Assembly (NCBI GenBank): GCA_002269645.1
Contig: NIVC01002594.1
Location: 1 to 64,000 of the forward strand
DNA from: Macrostomum lignano
Taxonomy: Eukaryota
Direction: 5' to 3'
DNA: 64,000 nucleotides
Positions within the stretch are counted from its first letter, which is position 1. Every line of letters starts with the position of its first letter. Both the position numbers and the translations under genes were made by a program. Below are positions 18,453 through 31,376 of this stretch, piece after piece. The notes beneath the pieces were generated by a model. That model made no database searches, was not told the DNA's origin, and worked only from the letters and a program-made list of their open reading frames with translations.

Positions 18453-21400
18453 TCAACAGGAACAGCCGCCGGAGGCCTGTGGCTGCTGTTGGCCTCCGCT
18501 GCTGAGGGCGATGCCGTCCGGTCCGGCAGCCTCCCAGAGCCCAGGCGTCTGGATGATCTTCTCCACCAGCTCCTCGAAGGCGGTCTTAACGCCCTCGTTG
18601 GTCTTGGCGCTGGCCTCGATGAACAGCATGTGATGCCTGCGTGCAAACCGAAGGCCCTCGTCTCGGGTCACCTCGCGATCGGTCTGAGAGGTGTACAGGT
18701 GAGTTATGTGCTGACATAAACTCGACATTTAACACTAGTTGAAGATCACGCCATCCCAGTGTCATGTCTAGCTGGGAATCGTGTCATCCCAGTGTCATGT
18801 CTAGCTGGGGATCATGTCATCCCAGTGTCATGTCTAGCTGGGGATCATGTCATCCCAGTGTCATGTCTAGCTGGGGATCATGTCCTCTCAGTGTCATGTC
18901 TAGTTGAAGATCATGTCATCCTACTGTCATGTCTAGCTGGGGATCATGTCATCCCAGTGTCATGTCTAGCTGGGGATCATGTCATCCCAGTGTCATGTCT
19001 AGCTGGGGATCATGTTATACCAGTCTTCTTGTTAAAGTGATTTTAGTGACAAATAGTTTGCTATAAAATTGAAGTGCTTACGCAGTCAATCTTATTGCCA
19101 ACCAGCATCTTGACAAGATTATTTCTATTGGCAAAAGTGGCTAACTCATTGAGCCAGTTCTCCAATCGCATAAATGTGTCCTTTTTGGCCACATCGTACA
19201 CCAGAATGACGCCCTGAGCATTGCGATAATAGCTGGGAGTTAAAGTGCGAAATCGCTCCTGACCTGCCGTGTCCTGTGGTAGAAAAAATATGGTGTCAAC
19301 ATTCAATAACAATGGAAATAAACCAAAAAATAATTTTTACAAAGTGTAAAAACGTGAAAACCTCACCCAGATGGCTAATTTTGCCTTGTTCCCATCAACA
19401 GTGATAGTCTTCACTTTGAAGTCAACACCTGAAATTTGATGTTAGATTGTACATTTAGGAGTATACAATATAATGTATAATCGATAGCTATGTTAATATT
19501 TAACACTTACCAATAGTGGCAGGCTGATCATTGTCAAATGTATTGTCCACAAATCTTAGGAGCAGGCTAAAAATTTAAACATGATTTGTACATGAATAAG
19601 ACATGAATATTTTATATGCATGGTATACATGGCCTAAACCCATGGATGTCAAAACAATCTATGGTATCTAAATCTGTTTTCTGTTTCAACTTTATGCAAA
19701 AAATTAATGTCTAAATCTCCATCTTCAACTCTGCATATTAGATAGATCTACTGTGTGGCTTGTGGGCTTATGACTAGATAACTAGTCAAAGTTTCATGTA
19801 CTTTATGCTTGTACTATATACCATAGTCTAGATCATGTTGGGTACATGTCTAAAAAATTGAACAATTATGAATGCATATGTAACAGGGTTGACTTCAATC
19901 CCACCACTGCCACCAAGTTGTAACAGGGTTGACTTCAATCCCACCACTGCCACCAAGTTGTAACAGGGTTGACTTCAATCCCACCACTGCCACCAAGTTG
20001 TAACAGGGTTGACTTCAATCCCACCACTGCCACCAAGTTGTAACAGGGTTGACTTCAATCCCACCACTGCCACCAAGTTGTAACAGGGTTGACTTCAATC
20101 CCACCACTGCCACCAAGTTGTAACAGGGTTGACTTCAATCCCACCACTGCCACTAAGTTGTAACAGGGTTGACTTCAATCCCACCACTGCCACCAAGTTG
20201 TAACAGGGTTGACTTCAATCCCACCACTGCCACTAAGTTGTAACAGGGTTGACTTCAATCCCACCACTGCCACCAAGTTGTAACAGGGTTGACTTCAATC
20301 CCACCACTGCCACCAAGTTGTAACAGGGTTGACTTCAATCCCACCACTGAGCCACCAAGTTGTAACAGGGTTGACTTCAATCCCACCACTGCCACCAAGT
20401 TGTAACAGGGTTGACTTCAATCCCACCACTGCCACCAAGTTGTAACAGGGTTGACTTCAATCCCACCACTGCCACCAAGTTGTAACAGGGTTGACTTCAA
20501 TCCCACCACTGCCACCAAGTTGTAACAGGGTTGACTTCAATCCCACCACTGCCACCAAGTTGTAACAGGGTTGACTTCAATCCCACCACTGCCACCAAGT
20601 TGTAACAGGGTTGACTTCAATCCCACCACTGCCACCAAGTTGTAACAGGGTTGACTTCAATCCCACCACTGCCACCAAGTTGTAACAGGGTTGACTTTAA
20701 TCTTACCACTGAGCCACCAAGTTGTATCAGGGGTTTCTTCCTACTTTCTATTGATCTTAGTATGATTCTGGTAGTGCTCTTAATATACTTTTAGTAGTGT
20801 CTTCAGCATAAGTCTAGCAGTGTCTCTGTATAAGTCTAGTAGCATCTATGTACTTTTGGCCTAAGCAGTCTTATTGGTATATAAACTATATTTTAGTCTA
20901 AGCATTACTGAGATTAGAGTCATAATGTTTGACTCTTCAAACATTAAGAGTCAAACACTCATCTACTTACTCATCATGTTTGACTCATCTACTTAATTGT
21001 TGTTAAGTGAGCAACCCTACCCAATTTCATAATGTTTGCTCTTAGCACTCACTTTGTATGTATTCCCAATTCCCTTAGTGAGTTTTTCAAAACACTTCTT
21101 AGGATCTCTTATCAATTCCTATTCATTCCTATTCATTCCTAGAATCTAGGAATGAATTTAATTGAACAAGTTCAATATTTAAGCTTAAGCTTTATGTATA
21201 AATAGGTTGCTTTTTCTCCCCTAACTTGGCTCCATGTATAGTAAAATTTTGGATATAGTTAAAACAAAAATAGAATATTTAAAATATTTTATGTAGTAAA
21301 ACAAATATTAATGTTTTTGCATAAGTCTTAAAGCTAATATTTCTAAGAAATAAAGTACCACTTCTATAGGTCCCTAGACATTTTGGTGACAGCCTTTTTG

Positions 21401-23705
21401 GTGACAATTTTGGATGTTTGGGTGACAAATTTAGACAATTTGGTGACATATTTTAAGTGAAAGTTAATTTTGTCTATAAGACAATACACTCATGAACAAG
21501 AGTTAATACTTAAAACTTGTCAATTTTATTGTTTATGTTGATTTCGTCACTGACATACTGACTTTGTTTTATCTATACACATAATTGGGTCATGTGCACC
21601 TATTCAGATAAAAGGTCAATCAGCCAAGGCAACATGGCAAGCCACTTATTTTACACACTGTATCATTATGCAACATATTCTACATGGATATACCTGTATC
21701 TAGAGCAACATGTAGCATGCTATGCTAATAGCCATGCTTGGGCGCAACCTTGGGATTCACCCGGCCGTTTCTATTGGCAACACACGCATGTAAGTTGCTA
21801 TTGGCTGAGAGCAGTCACGTGACTACTGTTCTGTCCAATAGCGACTTACATGCGTGTGTTGCCAATAGAAACGGCCGAGTGAATCCCAAAGTTGCGCATG
21901 TATGCTAATAGCTATCTATCTGTTAGCAAACAATTGAAAGTTATTTACTATAACACTCTTTTAATTCATAATATTTACATGTATTAATCACTTTGAATAG
22001 GATTCTTCTTCCTGCTATTACTATAATTTATTGCCAATTGGCAACTTCTATACTTTCAAATTTCTGCAATTAATTTTTGAAGACTATAATTGGCTTTTTT
22101 CTGTTGTAAAACCCATTTAAATCCACAATAATCTTAAATTGCTATGCCATGTATATTTTCACATTTAAATATTTGGTATTTTGGAAATTGAGTTGCAATA
22201 GTTATAAATGCTCTAAATAGTAAATAAATCATGCTATCTTCTTCTTTAAACTTAAAATAAATGTATATGCATTTACGAATGTTTGATTTTAATGTAACAA
22301 TTAACCAACCATACATGCGCAACGCGCAACGTCCTAAATACTGCGAGCTACTTAGCTATTATGAAACGCTAACTATGACTTCTTAACTAGCTACAACTAA
22401 CATATTAAAAGTATATTCATAAAAACCAATGTATATACTTATAGCTATATGAGCTAATAATTAACTATAACTATTAAAATATATTCATAAAAATATTATT
22501 CTTGACTTTGCAATTATAATCAATCAATAAGGCCCTAGACCCCTTACTCCCAAAGATGCTGTTTTGTTGGGAAAATTCTCGCGTGCAACAAGGTCCTAGG
22601 CAGCCATGTGCAGCATGCACAGCATGCAGCCAAGAGGCAGAAATTATTTTGGCGTGCACCGCGCAAATATTTTATTCACTTCGCATTTTTGGTAATAAGT
22701 TTTTTATTTTAAATTGAATGTCTCACGATAATAACACAATGTGTATAATGAGAGATCTTTTTGTGTATCTGCAATAAGGAAAACAATTTTTGTGTGATAC
22801 AATACAATTTTCAGGCATTATAAAACAGTATATAATAAATATAAACTATAGTATTTTGTTTAAGTATTTTTTTTCATTTTTATTTGAAAGTGTGTCTTGC
22901 ATTAATTATTCAATGCAAAGCTTACCACTTACATAGATAGATCTAGATCCCTTGCTACCACTCACCTGTCCTAGTTTACTATAGATGGTTTTTTTCTTTA
23001 TTTGAATTTTAAATCTCTGAGTATTATCCCTTGTTCATGAGTATATTATTTTACAATCAAAATTAACTTTCATTTTTTTAAATGTGTCACCAATTTGTCT
23101 GAATTTGTCACTGAAACGTCCAAAAATTTTTACCAAAAAGGCTGTTACCAAAATGTCTTGTCACCAAAATATCTAGGGACCCTTCTATATATGCCAATGT
23201 GCTGGTATGCCAGAACTTACAAAAAACATATAAACTTTTACAATATTTTTTAATTCAAATTCAAATTTAAATGCACTAGAACAAAAGCAAATGTACATAA
23301 AAATATATAAAAAATCAAACTAATTTCTACAAAAATAGTAAAAAAATAATTCATTCATCATTGGCCATAGGACAATTTATGTAGAGTAAATAATTCAGTT
23401 ATATAGGGCCTAAGCAAAAAGAATAGATAAGCACAATAAATTAAGATCCTTAGACCTTAGCCTAGGATTTTAGAATTATGGTTTGGATCCTATCCTACAC
23501 TACAGTTACTAGGCCTTACTAATTTTATTTATAAGCCTATAGGCCATATATTTGACTCTTCAGATAACTACAATAACATGGCATTGGCATTGTCATGACA
23601 TTATTATCATAATGACCTTCCTTAATCTTATTCTTACCTTGACTTTCCAACTCCACTTTCACCAATTATTAATATTTTAAGTGTTGTCAATACATCAGAC
23701 TCCAT
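18453..23705 (-). CDS. RAB18: Rab18 small GTPase, 202 aa; exons 23705-23638, 19566-19511, 19428-19367, 19273-19082, 18683-18453
   Basis: [87 protein letters not shown]. The exons sum to 609 nt in frame; C-terminal CXC prenylation motif. Confidence 0.96.
18745..19022. repeat. 33-bp minisatellite in RAB18 intron 4
   Basis: catcccagtgtcatgtctagctggggatcatgt units. Confidence 0.95.
19880..20725. repeat. 40-bp minisatellite in RAB18 intron 1
   Basis: gtaacagggttgacttcaatcccaccactgccaccaagtt, about 21 nearly identical units. Confidence 0.97.
21369..23181. mobile_element. 1.8-kb non-autonomous DNA transposon (GG termini, about 150-bp TIRs, 8-bp TSD; MULE/Merlin-like) in RAB18 intron 1
   Basis: Termini ggtccctag..ctagggacc; TIRs contain repeated tttggtgac; TSD cttctata at 21361-21368 and 23182-23189; no ORF. 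Confidence 0.85.
21742..21897. repeat. 156-bp near-perfect palindrome (foldback) nested in the 1.8-kb transposon
   Basis: gcgcaaccttgggattcac...gtcacgtgac...gtgaatcccaaagttgcgc; tatgctaatagc recurs at 21721 and 21901. Confidence 0.85.
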
Positions 23706-24499
23706 TACTATTAGAGTATTTTATATAAGATAGCTGAAATATATATTTATAGTATTTATTTAAAATAGACCAGGAATTAGCAGTAGCAAACCTGGCAACC
23801 AGGCCTATGTGGGAATATTAGAACTAAATGATGAAATTTAGTAGATTTACTAATGAGACAGAGAATGTAGTAAAATGTCACAAAGGAAATACGTCAATTT
23901 AACAATCTAGCTTGACAGACCGTTTTCAAAACTGGTTTGAACTTGAAAAAATTGTAGGAAAAATTGTGAGGCTGAATCTTTTTAATTAAAAAACCGTGTG
24001 ACAAGTAAGAAATGAAAGCATTAAAACATTTAAAGTAAAAATCTAACAATAAAAATCAGTAAAAAAATTCCGATTAGCTTCTATGAGTATTTTATTAACA
24101 CAACTAATACAAAATCACCTATTCATAATACATACATGTATAATATGCAAGATAGTTTCAAAAAGCAACCGAGATTTAAGAAATCCTGACAGACGAGACA
24201 AGCTCTAAGGGACGTCGCCAAGGATTTTATGGTGGGGGACAAAGCCGAGAATTTTACATGACTAAATTCATACATTATTTTGAAATCAGCGTTGTTAGTA
24301 CTCATTTTGGCGAAGCATGCACTGAATTTAGCGCCGCAGACACTCATTTTGTTGCAGCAGACACTAATTTTGACGCCAGCGGCACTCATTTTGGCGATGC
24401 AGGCACTCCGAAGTTGCGAATGCATTTTATAGTCCAACTGGTGCTCGGATGGCTCGCTGCAGAGCCGCGGCCCGGTCACGATGCCGGCTGGTCCTAAAG

Positions 24500-24790
24500 A
24501 CGTATGCCGACTTTGGAATCGACAGTAGCAGCTCCCCCATTTGAACCTGGGATATGACGCGGCGTGAATTGGATTTGGTAAAGGTCGCGTACATGGCCGA
24601 CGGAGTGGTGGGTGATGACGGAATGCAGGAGAGACCACAGCTGAGGATGTCCAGCAGTTGAGGTTTGCCATGCACTTTCGAGGCTTGATCAGATCGAGAA
24701 ACTAGAGAAATTCGCGACAGGATGTTCATGGTCACATGGTGCCACAGCTATTGAAGGTTCAGAAGCTTCACCTCGGGGAAGCCTAGTAAC
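24500..24790 (-). mobile_element. Possible decayed DIRS/Ngaro-type RNase H fragment
   Basis: Broken frames give ISLVSRSDQASKV, PQLWSLLHS and IQFTPRHIPGSN, loosely matching V.F..DN..VV / LM.LLR / HIPG..N. Confidence 0.35.
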
Positions 24791-25575
24791 CAACGAAGTC
24801 CGATGGAGACACAAGAGGTCGCTGTGCTGATGAAATTTAGAGGCTTGGCAAGACTGCACTGAGGCGCAGTGCTGATTGGCGCACTAGCGCTTATGGGAAA
24901 AATCCGATCTTCTGGCAGAATTGTTGAATATCTCGACGGTCCGGAGAGCTGGCGACTTGGTTCTTCTTTGAGAAGGTGCGCAATAAAAAGTTTGTATGCG
25001 TTCTTGAATTTCGTGTCTCAGCGTTGGTTTGTTCCAGTGCAGCAAAAAATTCAGGGGAATTTCTATGTAGTAGTCCTTACTGTTGAATATTTGAAAAATG
25101 CTTTCAAATGCCAAGCAGATTTTTTCGAATATGAATGCGAAGAAAAAACTTGACTGACTTAATTCTGATTCAGATAAAGCTTGATTGCATCGCAGCTGGC
25201 TCAGCTCTATTTATCCTCAATTTACGGCTGACTCCGATCTGAATTACGTCACAGTGTGGAAAACACAGTTAGGGAAGCACAGACTGCATGACTGCATCGC
25301 AACTTAGACTTGATTATTTGCGACTAATACTGACTGACAAATCGTTTACGTCATAACTGCTTGCTTCCTGGGACTTTCACTTTTACCGACTTGATGTGAG
25401 CATTGAATTATACATGTAAGTGCTACTACAATTCATGTCATCGATTCGATGGGAGCTAACCTTGGATGTGAACATACTAATGCAGCGGACCTGGGTTCGA
25501 ATTTTAATAGTATAATTTTTTTATGTATAGCTTTTTTAAAGTGAAGTCAACTTAACGAAAAAAGAATAAAATTAT

Positions 25576-26937
25576 TGATGGGTTTCGACCTTTTCGGCTC
25601 CTTTGTGGAAGCCTTCGGGCCTCAGGTCTCAGAAATAAATCAATTAGAGTCCTGGCCCCCACTCCTGTCAGATGGTCAGCCCCATGGTAGCTTGATCGTG
25701 TGGCGAGCAGTCTAGGTCCTATAGCTAAGAGAGGGACAGCGAGAGACAAGCAGGGAGAATTTTGAAGGTAGAGATCAGCTAATCCACAGATTAACTAACC
25801 CGCTGCCACCAGCAGCCCGTGCGTCCTGGCTCACCAAACCGGGACTTTCGAAATCGGGCTTCCAACTGAAGGGGCTTAGCACTTACCTGCCAACTAGTTT
25901 CTTTTTGCAGTCAATCTCGAAGTCATAGCCGATGTTAAGGGACACTGCTGGGACTCGATCGCATTGGCCATGCAGGTACAGAGGGGACTTGTGCAGGGGA
26001 TTCTTGCAGTGGCGAGACTATAGCGTTGTTACATGTACTATTACACTGCTAAATACGAGAAATTGTACTTTTGGCCTTCAAAGCGCCGACCAGCCTCTCG
26101 TAGCGCTGATGATAGGCTAACTCGAACATCAGAGACCGCATGATTCACTACCCGAGCCGCTTGGCGAATCTAGAGTGCACATGAGTACATCTCTAGCGCC
26201 GATTCTGCACTATTGGCAACTTCGCTAACTGATTTGATAGATTGATCGACTGAGAACTGCCTTGCCATTGGTCCACTGTAACCGGCGCCTACTAGCTTAG
26301 TAGCTTATCTGAGCCATCGGCGAACAAAGAAATAAAACCGATGAAAATAGCTGTCAGATTTAACCTTCTCCTTAGTTCACTTCACACTTCAGATTGAATT
26401 GGAGTTTCAGACTACTAGCAGTATTATTGAATGATCTCTGCCTCAAAAACAGCACTACTGAACAAATTGAGCAAAAGTGTGCGCATGATCCAGCTACTGA
26501 AATAGGGGACAGATAAGGAATCAGCCAATCAAGCAAGTCTAGGTAGCCTCTCACCCAACCAATCAGAAACTCAACAGCCGGAGACCAGGTAATCCACAGT
26601 GACCGAATCGGCTTAGGCCTTCGCAGCTGTAGGCCCGGGATGATGCTTGATGTCACAACCTTCGCAAATAGCTAGCAGGTGATGTTCTTAATCTTGATCT
26701 TCGCTGCTGACGACCGGGGGGATTCGTCCTTGATGATGATGGGGGGAGTCGCGATCCGGGGATCAAGAGACGACGGTCGAGCTCCGGGAGGTCTAAGTTA
26801 GGCCAAAGTCCCAGGAGGCGGAGCAGGAGGTTGAGTCCGAGCGGGCCAAAAACACCGGTTTTTATAGCCGCCAACTGGACCGCAATTTGCTAAAATGGAA
26901 CACCTCGACGCTGATTGGCTGAGCCGATTTGTTATAA
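25576..26937 (-). mobile_element. LTR-like dispersed repeat (about 1.36 kb) with CCAAT, TATA and a splice donor on the minus strand
   Basis: Homologous to 37375-37918; ends ...cccatCA on minus; TATAAAA at 26860-26866; cag|gtaagt donor at 25886. Family not identifiable. Confidence 0.65.
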
Positions 26938-27744
26938 AGATTTGATTTGATTTGTCGAATTTTCTGATTGGCTGAGCTTGTTGCCACCCAAACTCACGTG
27001 ACCAGAAGATCCTATCAGTTCCCCTCGGGGCCATAAAAATACAAGTGCGGTCATAAATCACTCAAAATCGCTACATAATGATTTATGACCATTATTTCCA
27101 TTTATCACCATTTATGACTATTTGTCATTCGTACGTCGTAAGAAGTCGTAAGAAGTCGTAAGAATCATTCTTGCGTTTTGTCGTAAGAATGACAAAAATA
27201 AATGAAAAAATATACATTAGAAAGCTCTTATTAAATAGAAAGTGAAGATAATGAAGAGAAATCGATAATCGCTAATCCCAACGTACTTTTAGGGGGTAAA
27301 ACGCATAACTGTCAAAGCTGTCACACGCTTGAGTAAACACGAACAATAGGCCCTGACCTCATAAATCTTGATGGCCTGTCAAAATGATGAGAAAAAAGCT
27401 ACCGCCCGCATCCTCTCAGACCATCTGGCGCCAGTCTCAGCATTGAGTGAGGCGCAGGTGGCTGTCAGACCAGCTCGAAAGCAATGATTTATGACCCAAA
27501 AGCCGCACCTATGTTATTATAACTACAAGTATGGCAAAATCATATAACTAGTATGAATTCTAGGAAAATTACATAAAGAGAAGAAAAAATGCCCATAGCC
27601 TGTTGTTAGTAGGCTAGTAAGTTTGGAGCCCATGTGCGAGCGTGAAGTTTGGAAAAAAGTGCGTCCTCATCATTATGATCGCCATGTCAACCATAAAAAA
27701 GCGCCTTGGAAACTCAAAAGAAGCGCCAAGTCAACCGGAAAAGA

Positions 27745-28056
27745 AGCGTCATGTAAACCATGAAATAAGTGTCATGTAAACCATGAAATAAGTGTCATGT
27801 AAACCATGAAATAAGTGTCATGTAAACCATGAAAGAAGCGTCATGTAAACCATGAAATAAGTGTCATGTAAATCATGAAATAAGTTTCATGTAAACCATG
27901 AAAGAAGCGTCATGTAAACCATGAAATAAGTGTCATGTAAATCATGAAATAAGTGTCATGTAAACCATGAAATAAGTGTCATGTAAACCATGAAAGAAGC
28001 GTCATGTAAACCATGAAAGAAGCGTCATGTAAACCATGAAAGAAGCGTCATGTAAA
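27745..28056. repeat. 23-bp minisatellite (gtcatgtaaaccatgaaataagt)
   Basis: Direct tandem units. Confidence 0.93.
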
Positions 28057-29573
28057 CCCGCTGATTGAAGCAACCTCACTGGTATACCAAACTGTCTCAC
28101 AGAAAATCTCACATGCCTTAAGCTAATGGCCATATGGCGAATGTAAAATGGAAAAAAATGAATGCAAAAGTCTCACATTGTTTTATTGCAGACTAAGTCA
28201 CATGATAAAGCCGGCACCACTATAAGCTGCGCTTGATTGTTTCCGCTAACTGATGCAGAAATTCAGAGCTATCGGGCTTACATGTAGTTAGCTACAGAAA
28301 AATTCATACCAGAAAGGAAGTAGTATGGAGTAAGTGTTTTCTGTTTTCTGTCTTCAATAGAAGCAGCACAGCTTCTATTGAATGAATATTGAGCACTTCT
28401 ATAGTGTGGGGAAACGCTTGAGCGATGCCGACTGAGGTATGGATCAATCGACTCAGTGAACCCTTATACTTGCATGGCTGGGGTTTTCAATGAATGAACA
28501 GTACTTAGTTAGGCCGAAGTGTGGAAAAGGAAATGGCGTAAAAAATCGTGGTCACAAAAAATTAACTATTTTTGGAAGTTATTAAAACATCATGTGCCAC
28601 ATAACAATGCGTCATGTCAGACATAAAAGAAGCGTCATGTCGATCATAAAAGTCTCATGGGGGAATTGCTAAAGTTCAGTGGCTCAATGCTAATGGAGAA
28701 TTGCTGAGATGTCAAGGCTTACGGTGGGAGTTGCTAAGATGTGACGCTCGGCAGGTTTAGGGTTAAACCATAAACCATTTAGGGTTAGCCCTGTCAACCC
28801 ATAAACGGCTCATGGGGGAACTGCTAAGATAAGATAAGGCTTATGGGGGGGGAATCGCTGAAATACTGTGGCACATGGGGGAATTGCTGAGCTGTAAGGA
28901 CTGATAAGAGGGATGGCTGAAATGTTGTGACTTATCAGGAGAATTGTTGAGGTGTCAAGGTTCACGAAAGAGGGGGGAATTTCTGAAATGCTGCGGCATT
29001 AACAAGCTTTAAGAAATTAACAATAGTGACTGTACAAGATCAGAAGCTACATATACGAGCTAGCCTTGTGCTATTCTTCAAATACTCGTACTTTATCCGC
29101 TGTGATCTTAAGTCAGGTAGGAGATAGACAGAAACATTGAAAGTGGTCATTTTTTGGTTGTTTCGTATGCGTCATAAGGCCGTGCATGCAGGCACCTCTT
29201 TTTGAAGATATACTGAAACATCCGGTTTTGGCTGTTGCATGACACTTTCACAGGCTCAAAATTTCGTGCCAATTCTGTTTTCAACGTATTTTCTTTAACT
29301 CTCTATCGTATTTTGAACTCAAATGATTTCAAATCAGAAAATGAAAGGCAAATTTCTACCCATTACCAGTGTTAAATAACATATTTTATTTTTTGATGCT
29401 GTTTACATGTGCATGCGTTCCTAAAAAAGATGACATAACTACATAATATTTACTGGAACCACGGAACAAAACGAGAAAACGAAACGGTACTCGAAAATAT
29501 TCGAAATGTTTTTGTCCTAATTATTCATTACCAGATTATACAACGAACAAGGACAACTAAAGCTACGTATATA

Positions 29574-29924
29574 CAGGACGCGACACTTACGTTTCATGGA
29601 AAAATTTTTTGAAGGCCGCTTTTCGCCGAAAAATGCACTACGGAGATTTTGCACTACGGATACGGGAGGCAGACCCAGTGTGCAATTGTACATAGAATAA
29701 AAAATTCACTCAAAATCCTAATTTTCTAAACGAAAAGCTTTATAAATATCGATAGAGATATAAAAAAGGCAAAACATATCAAAAGATGAACATTAGGTCT
29801 GCATCATATCGAAAGCAATAACCATTTTTGTGCAGAAAAATGAAAAATTCCTATCTCCCTAGTGTTTGTCGGCGAAAAGTGGCCTTCAAAATATTTTTCA
29901 TAGATTTCGAGTGTTGCGTCATTC
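29574..29924. mobile_element. MITE with about 50-bp imperfect TIRs
   Basis: gacgcgacac..ttgaaggccgcttttcgccga versus tcggcgaaaagtggccttcaa..gtgttgcgtc. Confidence 0.6.
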
Positions 29925-30212
29925 TACTTTAGTAGTCCTTGACAGCGAACAGTCTAAATGTTAGTACATAGTGATTAGTACATGTGTCCATATTTATGAG
30001 AATCAATCAATCGGTGTAGATCAAACGTTTAATTACGTTCGTATTAGTCCTCGCTGGATCCACAATTAAAGAAAGTTAATTTTTATTTAGAAAAGCTGCA
30101 GACACAGACCAGAAATATAAACACTACACTTAGTCTGAAACAGAAAAGAGACAATACGACAGCCAGAGTGTGCAAGAAGCTGTTTAATTTTAATTCACAA
30201 AAAGCAGTCCAA

Positions 30213-31376
30213 TTAGTGAATCTCAACGCTTTGCACGGCTTCGTATGTGATGCCGTTATTTTCCTCTTTAACAGCAGCAGCTGCATGAGTCAGCTTTGGA
30301 CTTTGCAGCTCCAGCTTTCTGCCCTCCTCCTGACATCCGGTGCTTCTCTGTCGGCGACGGCTTCCCTCCGAGCGTTTGTGCCCTAGTCTGGCCTTCTGGC
30401 CCGCTCCATTGACGCGGCGGCAGAATGTGCTGAGGCAAACTTCGAAAAAGATGGAGTTAAAAAACATGTATAGAAAGAAGTTGTGCGCCGAGTTTAGCGT
30501 GAGCAGAAAGTCCGTGATCTCGCGTACGATTCGCTGAGTGTCTGTGTTTACTTCGTGATAACCGAGGCCGTAGAGAGTCATGGCCGCGTCTGGCAAGGCG
30601 AAGGCTATAAAAAGACAAATAACTATGACCAGCATCAGTGTGATGCGATTGCGAGCTGCAAGGCGCCTGTTTGCCCTGGTCTTGCGCACGTTCACTATAA
30701 TGCAGGCGTTTAGTACCGTCAGGATGACCAAGGGTACAATGCAACGAAAGCTTGATTGAAAATTCGAATAGGACGAGGCCAAGTATTTTGTCCAGAGTTG
30801 CGTTACGTTCAGCGTGATCTGCACAAGGCTGGAGTTAGCATCCAGCACGGGAACCTTCTCGTAGCGCAGCCCTATCGGTATGTTGACCAGCAGAACCAGG
30901 ATGCAGATTAGGGTACTGGCCAGCGCTGCCTTGCCGACAGTTAGGGCGCCTCGGCAGGAGGTTGGAAAAACTACCATGAGGAAACGCTCAAAAGCAACGG
31001 CCACCGTCATCCAGGCTGCGACAGTGGAGGCGTACTGGGACAGGAAATAACCCGCCTGGTAGTAGTTCACATAGATCACATCTTCGCTGCCAGCAAAGAA
31101 GTACTTACAGATGACACTAGGAGTGTACATCAGATCGTTAACTAGCTTCATGAGATCGCCGAAAGCAAGCGTCAATAAGTAGATGTTAGTTGAAGTGCGC
31201 ATCTTTCGTTTAGCAAAAACCAGCACGCACAGGATGTTGCAGACGATGCCAATTAGGCACACCAAAGGCACCAGGCCAAGCCCGATCAGCATCTGCACCC
31301 ACCGGTACGCCAGCTGATTACGGTTGGCACTGGAACTGGAGCTGGACGCTTTGTCACTGTTGTTAGCCATTTCCAT
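30213..31376 (-). CDS. Intronless rhodopsin-class peptide GPCR (FMRFamide/myosuppressin-receptor-like), 387 aa
   Basis: Seven hydrophobic segments; GIVCN, STNIYLLTLAFGDL, VAFERF (DRY equivalent), P in TM5/TM6, LNSAHNFFLY. Ligand cannot be assigned from sequence alone. Confidence 0.9.
   Translation of the reverse strand: MEMANNSDKASSSSSSANRNQLAYRWVQMLIGLGLVPLVCLIGIVCNILCVLVFAKRKMRTSTNIYLLTLAFGDLMKLVNDLMYTPSVICKYFFAGSEDVIYVNYYQAGYFLSQYASTVAAWMTVAVAFERFLMVVFPTSCRGALTVGKAALASTLICILVLLVNIPIGLRYEKVPVLDANSSLVQITLNVTQLWTKYLASSYSNFQSSFRCIVPLVILTVLNACIIVNVRKTRANRRLAARNRITLMLVIVICLFIAFALPDAAMTLYGLGYHEVNTDTQRIVREITDFLLTLNSAHNFFLYMFFNSIFFEVCLSTFCRRVNGAGQKARLGHKRSEGSRRRQRSTGCQEEGRKLELQSPKLTHAAAAVKEENNGITYEAVQSVEIH

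Noticed and set aside
19880-20725. CRISPR-like regular repeat (also the 27-43-bp arrays)
   Set aside because: Units are head-to-tail without unique spacers; there are no cas genes and the context is eukaryotic.
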